Below, piece by piece: positions 49,843 through 58,913 of a DNA stretch of 64,000 nt. Numbering within the stretch: the first letter of the stretch is position 1; every line of letters begins with the position of its first letter. A program made the position numbers and the translations under genes. The stretch spans positions 24,427 to 88,426 of the forward strand of contig CAZXBG010000002.1 of the NCBI GenBank assembly GCA_964638865.1, given 5' to 3'. The notes beneath the pieces are model-generated. The model was given only the letters and a program-made list of their open reading frames with translations, did not search any database and was not told the origin of the DNA. The stretch comes from an uncultured Chitinophagales bacterium (GTDB lineage: Bacteria; Bacteroidota; Bacteroidia; Chitinophagales; BACL12).

Positions 49843-51156
49843 ATGGCTGAAGTAATAAGAATGCCCCGAATGAGTGATACAATGACTGAGGGAACCTTTG
49901 TGGAATGGCATAAAAAAGTGGGCGACACAGTGAAAAACGGGGATATTCTTGCAGAAGTGGAGACCGATAAGGCGACCATGGAGTTGGAGAATTATGTGAA
50001 GGGAACGCTTTTATACATTGGTGTGGAGAAAGGAAAAAGTGCGCAGGTGGATCAGGTTATTGCAATTGTTGGCGCTCCGGGAGAAGATTTTCAGGCTTTA
50101 TTAACCGAGGAAAAATCAAAAGCGGAAGAAAAAACAGAGTCGCCGGAAAAGAAAGAAGAAACACCGAAAAAAGAAGAGGATAATACCGAGAAGAAAGAAG
50201 AAGCTACGGTAGAAAAAAAGGAAGAAGAAAAAGCAGAAGTTAAACAGGAAAAAAGTGCCGAAATAAAAGAGAGCGACGACGAAAGAATTAAAGTTTCGCC
50301 TCTCGCAAAAAAAATTGCAGGGGATAAAGGAATTAATTTAAGTGATGTTTCAGGATCGGGTCCGGAAGGTAGGATCATTAAAAAAGATGTAGAAAATTTT
50401 GTTCCTCAAGTAACAGAAAAAGAAAAAGTGGAACAAAAAATTCCGCGCATGGAATTGCGGGAATCTTTTGGAGAAGAAAGTGCAGAAGATGTTCCGGTAT
50501 CGCAAATGCGTAAAGTAATTGCAAAACGCCTTTCGGAAAGTATGTTTAGTGCTCCGCATTTTTATTTAACGGTATCTATTAATATGGATGCTGCAATAAC
50601 TTCGCGAAAAGCATTAAATGATGTGAGTCCGGTTAAAATTTCATTTAATGATCTTGTTGTAAAAGCATGTGCCATGGCATTGCGTCAACATCCAAATGTA
50701 AATTCGAGTTGGATGGGTGATACGATCAGAATAAATAAACATATAAATATTGGGGTGGCAGTTGCAATTAACGACGGACTTGTTGTTCCGGTAATTCGTT
50801 TTGCAGACAATAAATCGCTTGCACAAATTGCCACAGAAACAAATGATCTTGCAGCACGCGCAAAAAGCAGAAAATTACAACCAAGTGAATGGGAGGGAAA
50901 TACTTTTACTATTTCCAATTTAGGCATGATGGGGATAGATGAATTTACTGCAATAATAAATCCTCCCGATGCATGTATTCTTGCCGTGGGTGGAATTAAT
51001 CAGGTGCCTATAGTGAAAAACGGAGTTATTGTAATTGGCAACATTATGAAGGTCACCATGAGTTGCGATCATCGCGCTGTTGACGGCAGTGTTGGTGCTA
51101 AATTTTTGCAAACACTGAAGCAGTATCTCGAAGAACCGGTGCGGATGTTGCTTTGA
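49843..51156 (+). CDS. 2-oxoacid dehydrogenase complex E2 (dihydrolipoyl acyltransferase)
   Basis: Lipoyl domain with ..EVETDKATME.., K/E-rich linker, E3/E1-binding domain (VSPLAKKIA), catalytic ..SCDHRAVDG... Start at MAEVIRMPRMS. Confidence 0.9.
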   Translation: MAEVIRMPRMSDTMTEGTFVEWHKKVGDTVKNGDILAEVETDKATMELENYVKGTLLYIGVEKGKSAQVDQVIAIVGAPGEDFQALLTEEKSKAEEKTESPEKKEETPKKEEDNTEKKEEATVEKKEEEKAEVKQEKSAEIKESDDERIKVSPLAKKIAGDKGINLSDVSGSGPEGRIIKKDVENFVPQVTEKEKVEQKIPRMELRESFGEESAEDVPVSQMRKVIAKRLSESMFSAPHFYLTVSINMDAAITSRKALNDVSPVKISFNDLVVKACAMALRQHPNVNSSWMGDTIRINKHINIGVAVAINDGLVVPVIRFADNKSLAQIATETNDLAARAKSRKLQPSEWEGNTFTISNLGMMGIDEFTAIINPPDACILAVGGINQVPIVKNGVIVIGNIMKVTMSCDHRAVDGSVGAKFLQTLKQYLEEPVRMLL

Positions 51157-51158
51157 GG

Positions 51159-51179
51159 GGTGAATGGTGAATGGTGAGT
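51159..51179. repeat. Tandem heptamer GGTGAAT x3
   Basis: ggtgaat ggtgaat ggtgagt begins about 3 nt after the E2 stop codon. Confidence 0.8.
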
Positions 51180-51296
51180 CTGGAACTGCTAACATGAGAG
51201 CGTATAACACCTGCAGTAGAATTAGTTAATTCTTCCATTGAAAATTTATCAATAAGAAATTATATTAATGTTACGATAATTTTTTTGGAAGAGAAT

Positions 51297-51333
51297 GTCA
51301 TTGCGAGACATTGCGAAGCAATGTCGAAGCAAG
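51297..51333. repeat. ATTGCGA-AGCAAT hairpin word element
   Basis: GACATTGC-gaa-GCAATGTC (51307-51325) within gtcattgcgagacattgcgaagcaatgtcgaagcaagc. This resembles a repeat word I recall being common in Bacteroidota intergenic DNA. Confidence 0.5.
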
Positions 51334-51362
51334 CTTTTCAGTGTTACTTGGTTTATCAAAAA

Positions 51363-51714
51363 AAGGATAATTCAATTGGAAATTAAATTATCATTCCAAC
51401 TCCAATTTCTTCGCAAAACTTCGTGTCATTACGCCTTCGTGGCAAAAAAATTATCCAATAGAAAATTAAGTTATTGGTAGCATGATAATTTCGCTCCGGA
51501 ACCTATGTCAGGTGAAAAACACCTGGCTACGGCGTTGAGAAAGGATAATTCAATTGGAAATTAAATTATCATTCCAACTCCAATTTCTTCGCAAAACTTC
51601 GTGTCATTACGCCTTCGTGGCAAAAAAATTATCCAATAGAAAATTAAGTTATTGGTAGCATGATAATTTCGCTCCGGAACCTATGTCAGGTGAAAAACAC
51701 CTGGCTACGGCGTT
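51363..51714. repeat. Perfect tandem duplication, 174-bp unit, 178-bp period
   Basis: 51363-51536 and 51541-51714 are identical by eye, separated by gaga. Each unit holds three hairpins: GATAATT..AATTATC, CCAATA..TATTGG and CAGGTG-aaaaa-CACCTG. Confidence 0.9.
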
Positions 51715-51766
51715 AAATTTTAATGAAAAGGAAAAACTAAAATTTTCCTCCCAACTCAAAGCACCC

Positions 51767-51794
51767 ATTGTCAATTGTCGATTATCAATTGTCA
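51767..51794. repeat. Tandem heptamer ATTGTCA x4
   Basis: attgtca attgtcg attatca attgtca ends 5 nt from the stop codon of the minus-strand gene at 51800. Confidence 0.85.
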
Positions 51795-51799
51795 ATTAA

Positions 51800-52090
51800 T
51801 CATGCGATTATTACATCATGTATACACATCACCGGAAGGTACACTCCGCCTTTTAATAAAACAAAATCTTCAGTGGCTGTCCAGACGGTGGTTTCTACCT
51901 GAAAAATTCCTTGTTTACATTCGAAAATGATCTTTACTTTTGTATGGTAATTGTTACCCAAGATCATGGCATCATATAAAATGTGTTTTCTGCGATTAAT
52001 ATAATCAGGATGATTAAGTACATCATGATAAATTAATTCCAGAAAAGGAATTTGTTCTTTTTCAATGGTTGTAATAGTTTCTAATTGCAT
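51800..52090 (-). CDS. Hypothetical small protein
   Basis: 96 aa from MQLETITTIEKEQ. The longer track ORF would overlap the divergent CoA-binding gene, so the internal ATG at 52090 is preferred. Confidence 0.5.
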   Translation of the reverse strand: MQLETITTIEKEQIPFLELIYHDVLNHPDYINRRKHILYDAMILGNNYHTKVKIIFECKQGIFQVETTVWTATEDFVLLKGGVYLPVMCIHDVIIA

Positions 52091-52173
52091 AGCTGTGGTT
52101 TTTTTGAACGATTTACTACAGCCGGTTGTTTCATTAGGCAAGTTATAACCTTTTTTTAAATAAATAAAATATT

Positions 52174-52533
52174 GTGAAAAAAACTTTGGTATTAGGAGCT
52201 TCACCCAATCCTGAACGATATGGCAATATGGCCGCCCGTAAACTCAAAGCATACGGGCATGAAGTGGTTGCTGTTGGGAAAAGAGAATCAAAAATAGATG
52301 ATATCAATATTCTGAAAGAATTTCCAGTTTTGGACGATGTTGATACGGTAACCCTGTACCTCAATCCGGATAATCAAAAAGAATACTACCAAAGAATCAT
52401 AGCCCTGCATCCTAAACGCATCATTTTCAACCCCGGAACGGAAAATGAGGAATTGGAAGAAATGGCGAGGGAAAAGGGTATTGAAACGGTAGAGGGATGT
52501 ACTTTGGTGATGCTTTCTACAGGACAGTTTTAA
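52174..52533 (+). CDS. CoA-binding domain protein (YccU-like)
   Basis: KKTLVLGASPNPERYGNMAARKLKAYGHEV..V.LYLNP.. Rossmann-type CoA-binding signature. GTG start. Confidence 0.8.
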   Translation: MKKTLVLGASPNPERYGNMAARKLKAYGHEVVAVGKRESKIDDINILKEFPVLDDVDTVTLYLNPDNQKEYYQRIIALHPKRIIFNPGTENEELEEMAREKGIETVEGCTLVMLSTGQF

Positions 52534-52538
52534 GCCGA

Positions 52539-52581
52539 GGGCAGTGAGTGACAGTGTGCAGTTGGCAGTGGCAGTGGGCAG
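52539..52581. repeat. GCAGT-based word array, second locus
   Basis: gggcagtgagtgacagtgtgcagttggcagtggcagtgggcag starts 5 nt after the CoA-binding gene stop. It is followed (52641-52700) by a tail similar to the one after the 38245 array. Confidence 0.8.
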
Positions 52582-52762
52582 ATTGTTTACCTCTACATTT
52601 TTTGTTTCGAATAAAATTTTATTAGGCAGTTGCCTTTACCGGCAGGCAGATTGTCGGAACTCACACTATATCTTCGTAGAAAACTCAAAACTCAGAACAC
52701 ATAGCTAAATAATACTTTATTTACCTTTGAGCATTCCTTAACAACTAAAGTCAATAACACAA

Positions 52763-53434
52763 TTGAAATCATCCATCTCCTATACTGAAGAAAATTACCT
52801 GAAGGCAATTTTTAAATTGTCGGAGATGCAGAAGGAGAATGTTTCTACCAATGCTATTTCGGAAAAATTATTGACCACTGCCGCTTCGGTTACTGATATG
52901 CTGAAAAAATTATCGGGGAAAAAATTAATTCACTACGAAAAATATTACGGAGTTTCCTTAACGGATAAAGGAAAAAAAATGGCAAAGGACCTCATTCGCA
53001 AACACCGATTATGGGAAACATTTTTGGTAGATACATTAAAATTTAGTTGGGATGAAGTGGATGAACTCGCAGAACAATTAGAACATATTAATTCAGAAAT
53101 TCTGACTGATCGGATTGATAATTTTCTCGGCAATCCGAAATTCGATCCGCATGGAGATCCTATTCCTGATAAGGACGGAAATATTGCCTATCACGAGGAT
53201 GTCACCTTAGATAAAATGCAAAAAGGGGACATAGGAATTATTTCCGCAGTTATAGATCACTCCACTCAATTTCTTCAATATCTCAACAAAGTAGATTTGG
53301 TAATACACACCAAAATAAAAATTAAAGACGATGAAGACTATGATCAAAGCAAGATCATAATCATTAACAATAAAAAAGAATTAGTTGTCTCGCAAAAAGT
53401 TGCTTCGAATTTATTAGTCAGGAAGATAAAATAA
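52763..53434 (+). CDS. DtxR/MntR-family metal-dependent repressor with C-terminal FeoA/SH3-like domain
   Basis: ..YTEENYLKAIFKL.. HTH, ..RKHRLWETFLVD.. dimerisation/metal helix, ..DPHGDPIP... TTG start. Confidence 0.85.
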   Translation: MKSSISYTEENYLKAIFKLSEMQKENVSTNAISEKLLTTAASVTDMLKKLSGKKLIHYEKYYGVSLTDKGKKMAKDLIRKHRLWETFLVDTLKFSWDEVDELAEQLEHINSEILTDRIDNFLGNPKFDPHGDPIPDKDGNIAYHEDVTLDKMQKGDIGIISAVIDHSTQFLQYLNKVDLVIHTKIKIKDDEDYDQSKIIIINNKKELVVSQKVASNLLVRKIK

Positions 53435-53471
53435 GTTTGACGCAAAGCATTCGCCATAGTCAATTATTCCA

Positions 53472-53498
53472 CCATTCTCCATTCTCCATTCTCCATTG
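53472..53498. repeat. Tandem heptamer CCATTCT x4
   Basis: The array abuts the RDD gene stop codon (53499-53501). Its reverse complement GGAGAAT is one mismatch from the GGTGAAT array at 51159. Confidence 0.85.
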
Positions 53499-53951
53499 TT
53501 AAACCGTGTTTCCCTTCACCAAACTTTTCACATCCACAACCATTGTATTTGTCCATTTGTCGTGCCAGCCGGTTTGTGAACCTAACATGGAAAAGGGTTC
53601 GAATGGAACGAAGCGGGAGAAGCTTCTCCCGAGTGCCTGATTTGCCGATATTTTTTCGAGGTCTGCTGATCGAACTACAACTGTGCCGGTAATGAATTTA
53701 CCCACAGTCCTTCCAAAAGTAGCTTCCATAATAGCATAATAAAGAAAAAATATACAATAAAAGAGGAAATAAAATCGTCCGGCCGATGCATCAGGACCGA
53801 AGGTAGGCAACATTAAAATTATGAGAATGATGATTAGCATGATAGCTACATAATCTAAAATAAAATTTACGAGGCGCTTCCAGGTTGCGGCCAGTTCATA
53901 GCTGGATTCGTTTTCGATATTAAGGCTGTCGAGTGGATTTTGGTTTTCCAT
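53499..53951 (-). CDS. RDD family membrane protein
   Basis: 150 aa, ..WKRLVNFILDYV.. followed by two TM helices and GRTVGKFITG. Confidence 0.7.
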   Translation of the reverse strand: MENQNPLDSLNIENESSYELAATWKRLVNFILDYVAIMLIIILIILMLPTFGPDASAGRFYFLFYCIFFLYYAIMEATFGRTVGKFITGTVVVRSADLEKISANQALGRSFSRFVPFEPFSMLGSQTGWHDKWTNTMVVDVKSLVKGNTV

Positions 53952-54016
53952 GTGTGGTTATTTTGGAGCTAATATACCGTAAAATTTAAATACGCAGGAA
54001 AACATTCTAATGTAAA

Positions 54017-54880
54017 TCAAATTTTCTGAATTTTTACCTCTCTATTCACTCCACTGCTTCGTTTCAAATAAACTGAATAAATAAATGCGCCTAAAAAGAA
54101 TATCCCCAGCATGGTAACCATTGCACCGGATATTGAAGCATTTAAAATTACTGCAAAATAGTAACCGCTAATGCTTGATGCTACCCCGAAGGCAGCTGCT
54201 AACCATAACATGGTTTTTAATTTATGGGTAATTAAATATGCTGTTGCACCCGGAACAATTAAAAAGGCAACAACTAAAATTGCACCAACACTTTCAAAGG
54301 ATAATACAGTTGTAAGGGATACGGCTCCCATTAATAAATAATGCCAAAGTACAACCGAAATACCTATTGTAGCTGCATAGTCGGGATCGAAAGTAGTGAG
54401 GTATAATCCTTTATAACCTATCACAATAAATAATATAACCAGTATAAATAATCCGCCTAACATCCACACCGCAGTCGGAATATTTAACCATGTTTCAAAA
54501 TTTATAAAAGTAATATCACCATATAAAACACATTCCTGATCTAAGTCCACTTTATCTGCAAAATAAGTGATTAAAATAACACCAATGGCAAACAACCAGG
54601 TAAAACTGATTCCTATACTTGCATCCTCCTGCAATTTTGCTTTTTTATGAAATAATTCTATTAAAACCGTACACAACATTCCGAATGCTGCTGCTCCAAT
54701 TAACATGGGAACAGAATTGCGAGAACCCGAAATTAAAAATGCAATTGCAATTCCCGGCAATACCGCATGCGAAATTGCATCGCCCACCATTGCCATTCGC
54801 CGTAAAATTAAAAAGCATCCCAACAAGCCGGAGGTTATTGCTACTAAGCTACCTGTTACTATTATCCAAAATGCATCCAT
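54017..54880 (-). CDS. Metal ABC transporter permease (TroD/ZnuB-like)
   Basis: 287 aa, 8-9 TM, ..GDAISHAVLPGIA.. signature of cluster A-I metal permeases. Confidence 0.9.
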   Translation of the reverse strand: MDAFWIIVTGSLVAITSGLLGCFLILRRMAMVGDAISHAVLPGIAIAFLISGSRNSVPMLIGAAAFGMLCTVLIELFHKKAKLQEDASIGISFTWLFAIGVILITYFADKVDLDQECVLYGDITFINFETWLNIPTAVWMLGGLFILVILFIVIGYKGLYLTTFDPDYAATIGISVVLWHYLLMGAVSLTTVLSFESVGAILVVAFLIVPGATAYLITHKLKTMLWLAAAFGVASSISGYYFAVILNASISGAMVTMLGIFFLGAFIYSVYLKRSSGVNREVKIQKI

Positions 54881-54957
54881 GTTTTATTTTGTTGTTCTGT
54901 TTTTCATTATAGGTGTATTGAAAGTAATGGATATGAATGAAAAAATGAGTCGAATAA

Positions 54958-54992
54958 GGGATATGGGACACGGGACAAGATACACGGGATTT
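54958..54992. repeat. Degenerate heptamer array GGGANNN x5 inside the operon gap
   Basis: gggatat gggacac gggacaa gatacac gggattt lies in the 214-bp spacer between the two permease genes. Confidence 0.7.
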
Positions 54993-55094
54993 GTGACCGA
55001 ATGGATTGGTAATTGTAACCCGATATATACTTTATATTTATATTTTGATTTATTTTTTTCATAGCTGCATCCTTTTACGATTTCATTTTTAACT

Positions 55095-56378
55095 TTAATA
55101 AGGAATTATTTTTTCGTGTGGATCTTTTTCGGGTTTATCTAAAAGTTCAATTAATCTTTTTTCTATTTCGGGTGTTATAATATGTTCGATGGCTTCGGCG
55201 TCATCATGCACGTGGTCGCTGGCGATATTGAGTTTTTCGGTGAGGTACATTTCCCAAAGTCGATGAATACGTGTAATTCTTTTTCCTTCATCCAAACCTT
55301 TTTCAGTTAAATAATAGAGGTCGTTTATTTTTACTACAAGGTCTTTCCGCAATAACATTCTTAAACCGAAAATATAGTTCGATGTTTTCATTTCACGTTC
55401 AGTTGCAATATCGGAAAGCGTAAACGATTTTTTACCGGGATTTTTTTCTTCCAAATGAAATAATTCCTTCAAAATATTTTCCCGTAACATTTTATTCTGA
55501 TATTTTTTGCGGATGATTATTTTGGGTATCAAACCTTTTTTGGGTGCAAATAAAATACTCATTACCGCAATGATGGATGTCATTGTAACTATCCATGGAC
55601 CCGTTGGCATTTTGTTATTTGCATAGGATACATATGCTCCGGTAATACTTCCGATCACTGCAAATAAAATACTGAGCAATATCATTTTACCCAATTTGTC
55701 GGTCCAGTATTTTGCTGCAGCGGGAGGAGTAATTAATAAAGCAGCCATTAAAACCACCCCAACTGCCTGAATGCCGGCAGCCACCGCTAAAACAGTTAAT
55801 GTGGTTAAGGTAAGCTGTAAAAAATTAACCGGCAATCCGGTGGATTTTGCATAATCCGGATCAAAACTGAGCAATCTGAATTCTTTAAAGAAAATTACAA
55901 CCACTATAATTATGAATAAACTAACCACTGCCATAGTTCTGATATCATCAGTGCTCATTGCAGCAGCTTTTCCAAATAAAAAATTATTTAATCCACTTTG
56001 TGATGCATTGCCACTTTGTTGTATGAAGGTCAATAATAAAATTCCAACTCCAAAAAATACAGAGAGAGTTAAACCAATTGCTGTATCCGGTTTTAATTTT
56101 GTTTTTTTTGTGATGAGGTCAACGAAAATAATGGATAACCATCCCGTTACAAATGCTCCGCCAAGTAATACCCATAAATTTCTTGTATCAAATAACATGA
56201 ATGCAAGACAAACACCCGGTAAAACAGAATGTGCAATGGCATCACCTGTTAATGCTCTTTTTCTTAAAAAAGCAAAGGTGCCAATTGTTGCAGTTCCAAT
56301 TCCCAGTAATATCATGCCTACTACCACAAACTGCACGTTCGGATCGGAAAAGGAAAAAAAATCGAAAAAAGTTTTCAT
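55095..56378 (-). CDS. Metal ABC transporter permease fused to a C-terminal DtxR-like domain
   Basis: The N-terminal 290 aa are a permease (..GDAIAHSVLPGV..). The C-terminal 135 aa carry a winged-HTH-like segment and RIHRLWEMYLTEKLNIASDHVHDDAEAIEHIITPE, the DtxR metal/dimerisation helix pattern. Confidence 0.8.
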   Translation of the reverse strand: MKTFFDFFSFSDPNVQFVVVGMILLGIGTATIGTFAFLRKRALTGDAIAHSVLPGVCLAFMLFDTRNLWVLLGGAFVTGWLSIIFVDLITKKTKLKPDTAIGLTLSVFFGVGILLLTFIQQSGNASQSGLNNFLFGKAAAMSTDDIRTMAVVSLFIIIVVVIFFKEFRLLSFDPDYAKSTGLPVNFLQLTLTTLTVLAVAAGIQAVGVVLMAALLITPPAAAKYWTDKLGKMILLSILFAVIGSITGAYVSYANNKMPTGPWIVTMTSIIAVMSILFAPKKGLIPKIIIRKKYQNKMLRENILKELFHLEEKNPGKKSFTLSDIATEREMKTSNYIFGLRMLLRKDLVVKINDLYYLTEKGLDEGKRITRIHRLWEMYLTEKLNIASDHVHDDAEAIEHIITPEIEKRLIELLDKPEKDPHEKIIPY

Positions 56379-57163
56379 TTATTTTTTATTGTATTAAATC
56401 GATAGGCAAATCCTGTTGAAACAAAAACATCCATAGCACCTGTTTGTAAAATACTTCCGCAGGAAATATCAAATTGCAAATCATGATTCGGACTATAGGT
56501 AAATCCAAAATCAACAAAATGTTCATCTAAGGGGTCAGATATAATATCAGTTGCGGGATTGGAACAATATAAATTTCCATAAACTTCCGCAAAAATACCG
56601 CAGTGTTCACCAATGGCAAATCCTGAGGTTAGTGTATAAACATAATAGGGCGAAGGCGCAAAACCATCCCATTCTATCCCTGCATTATAACCAATGTTCC
56701 ACCATTCATTTATACTGTGGGCAGCGGTTAATATAGTTGCAATTGCAGTGTAATTTGAACGGAAATCCTTTGATGCAATTTTAGATAATTGAACATGGGT
56801 AATTAATGCTAAGGCAAATTTATCTTTCTCTATTAATTTGGATTTTAAGCCAACACTTATCGGATTAATTCCAAATACTTTTTTATTCGCATCAATAAAT
56901 ACCGGATCTATCTCCAAACGCAATTCAAAATATTCATTAATTCCGTATCGCATCAGTGTAGAGGCAATGGAATATTCATTATTAAAAGCTAAAAAATTAG
57001 CGGCAAAACCATGTTCGCCCTGCAAATAGCCCACAGGAACCAGCGCGGCACTTTCCGTTTGATCAGGCCTGTCGGTAATTATTGCCGCATTTTGAGCATG
57101 CAAAGTGGAGATATAAATACAGATAATCACGAAAACGATTATTTTTTTAAATTGCCGTGTCAT
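56375..57163 (-). CDS. Outer-membrane beta-barrel 'transporter' (MetA-pathway/PF13557-like) protein
   Basis: Signal peptide, ITDRPDQTESAALVPVGYLQGEHG hallmark, ends ..GFAYRF... 4-nt overlaps with both neighbouring ABC genes. Confidence 0.6.
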   Translation of the reverse strand: MTRQFKKIIVFVIICIYISTLHAQNAAIITDRPDQTESAALVPVGYLQGEHGFAANFLAFNNEYSIASTLMRYGINEYFELRLEIDPVFIDANKKVFGINPISVGLKSKLIEKDKFALALITHVQLSKIASKDFRSNYTAIATILTAAHSINEWWNIGYNAGIEWDGFAPSPYYVYTLTSGFAIGEHCGIFAEVYGNLYCSNPATDIISDPLDEHFVDFGFTYSPNHDLQFDISCGSILQTGAMDVFVSTGFAYRFNTIKNK

Positions 57164-57960
57164 AATTTATTTTTTTTCTCGCGAATCGGAGCCTCCATTT
57201 CACTTAACAGATGCCCCACATTCATTAATAAAGATAATTTTCCGCCATAAGTTTTTTGTAAATACTCCGGAACAAATATTTCTTCCTTAGGTCCGGATGC
57301 AATTAATTGTGTATTAATTAAAATGATCCAATCAAAATATTCATAGGCACTTTGCAAATCGTGATGCACAACAAGAATGGTTTTTCCTTCACTGCGCATA
57401 TTCAATAACAACTCGAAAATTGTTTGTTCCGTTGTTGCATCAATTCCTGCAAATGGCTCATCCATAAAATACAGATCAGCTTCCTGTGCAAGGCTTCGCG
57501 CAATAAATACACGTTGTTGTTGTCCTCCCGATAATTGAGATATCTGTCTGTTGATATACTGATGCATACCAACTTTTTCCAAACATAACATTGCGAGTTC
57601 TTTATCTTTTTTTCCAAGTTTTCCGAAAATTCCACGTTTGCCGTATCTACCCATCATAACAACATCTAAAACACTTGCGGGAAAATCCCAATCAACACTG
57701 CCGCGCTGCGGAACATAGGCAACCCGATCGCGAACTTCATTCAGCTCCTTTCCGAATAATTTCACATAACCACTGTCGTGTGGAATCAATTGCATCATCG
57801 ATTTTATTAAAGTGGATTTACCGGCGCCGTTGGGCCCAATAATACCCACTAATTTTCCTTCGGGTATCATAAAATCGATATCCCAAATAGCGGGTTTTTT
57901 ATTGTAAGAAATGGTGAGATCGTGCACCTCTATCACCGGATCTTTAATGTTATGTTGCAT
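57160..57960 (-). CDS. Metal ABC transporter ATP-binding protein (TroB/ZnuC-like)
   Basis: GPNGAGKST Walker A, LSGGQQQR signature, LYFMDEP Walker B. Confidence 0.92.
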   Translation of the reverse strand: MQHNIKDPVIEVHDLTISYNKKPAIWDIDFMIPEGKLVGIIGPNGAGKSTLIKSMMQLIPHDSGYVKLFGKELNEVRDRVAYVPQRGSVDWDFPASVLDVVMMGRYGKRGIFGKLGKKDKELAMLCLEKVGMHQYINRQISQLSGGQQQRVFIARSLAQEADLYFMDEPFAGIDATTEQTIFELLLNMRSEGKTILVVHHDLQSAYEYFDWIILINTQLIASGPKEEIFVPEYLQKTYGGKLSLLMNVGHLLSEMEAPIREKKNKL

Positions 57961-57977
57961 GAATGTATTTTTTGTAT

Positions 57978-58898
57978 TTATTTTAAGGCCTCGTAAATAA
58001 TATTTGTATTGTGTTGAACCATGCCAATATAATTTCCTTCAGGAGTGTTTTTTGCACCCATTGCATCACTAAATAAAGTGCCACCGGATTTTAATTCATG
58101 ACCTTTTTGTTTGCATCCCTCCCGAACTGCATTAATTGATTTTTCACTCACACTACTTTCTACAAAAACTGCTTTTACTTTTAGTGCTATTATCATATTC
58201 ACCATATCGGTAATATCCTTTAAACCGAATTCTGCCGCAGTAGAAATTCCTTGCAATCCCTTTACCTCAATTCCATAAGCTCTTCCATAATAACCAAATG
58301 CATCGTGTGAAGTAATTAATATTCTGTTCTCCGGCGGTATGGAAGATATTTTATTTCTTACATCCTCATCCAGTTTTTTTAATTTTTCCAAATAAATCCT
58401 CGTATTTTCTTTATAAAATGCTGCGTTTGTAGGATCTGTTTCTGAAAGTTTTTTGCCAATCTCCTCCACACATGCGCTCCACATCATTACATCAAACCAT
58501 ATATGTGGATCATGTGCACTTATACCCGATACCTGTGCAACATTGCGCAATTTATTTTCATCAATGGAAGCACTGATTGCAAAAACCGGTTTTTCTTTCG
58601 AAAGCTGATCAAAAATTTCCTGCATCTTTCCCTCCAAATGTAAACCGTTGTAAAAAATAATATCCGCTCCACGCAATTTTGTTAAGTCGCCCTGAGAGGC
58701 CTTATACAAATGCGGGTCTACGCCAGGTCCCATCAAAGCAGTTACTGTTGCCTTGTCACCTGCAATATTTTCTATTGCATCGGCTATCATTCCGGTTGTG
58801 GTAACGATATTAGTCTTTTTATCGCCGGTTTCCTGCGTTTTACCGCCGCATCCGGCTAAACTTGCTGCTATAATTAAGGTAATAAATATCCTTGTCAT
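57978..58898 (-). CDS. Metal ABC transporter substrate-binding lipoprotein (TroA-like, cluster A-I)
   Basis: LAGC lipobox. Candidate ligands sit in DPHLY, HDPHIWFD, SHDAFGYY and LFSDAMG (a His3Asp pattern like TroA). No His-rich ZnuA loop. Confidence 0.88.
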   Translation of the reverse strand: MTRIFITLIIAASLAGCGGKTQETGDKKTNIVTTTGMIADAIENIAGDKATVTALMGPGVDPHLYKASQGDLTKLRGADIIFYNGLHLEGKMQEIFDQLSKEKPVFAISASIDENKLRNVAQVSGISAHDPHIWFDVMMWSACVEEIGKKLSETDPTNAAFYKENTRIYLEKLKKLDEDVRNKISSIPPENRILITSHDAFGYYGRAYGIEVKGLQGISTAAEFGLKDITDMVNMIIALKVKAVFVESSVSEKSINAVREGCKQKGHELKSGGTLFSDAMGAKNTPEGNYIGMVQHNTNIIYEALK

Positions 58899-58913
58899 AC
58901 TCTAATTTTAAGG

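Noticed and set aside
51363-51714. The 174-bp tandem units considered as CRISPR, tRNA/rRNA fragments or a coding gene (track ORF 51295..51480).
   Set aside because: There are only two contiguous identical units with no spacers. There is no cloverleaf or rRNA-like sequence. The 61-aa ORF crosses the repeat boundary and has no coding character.
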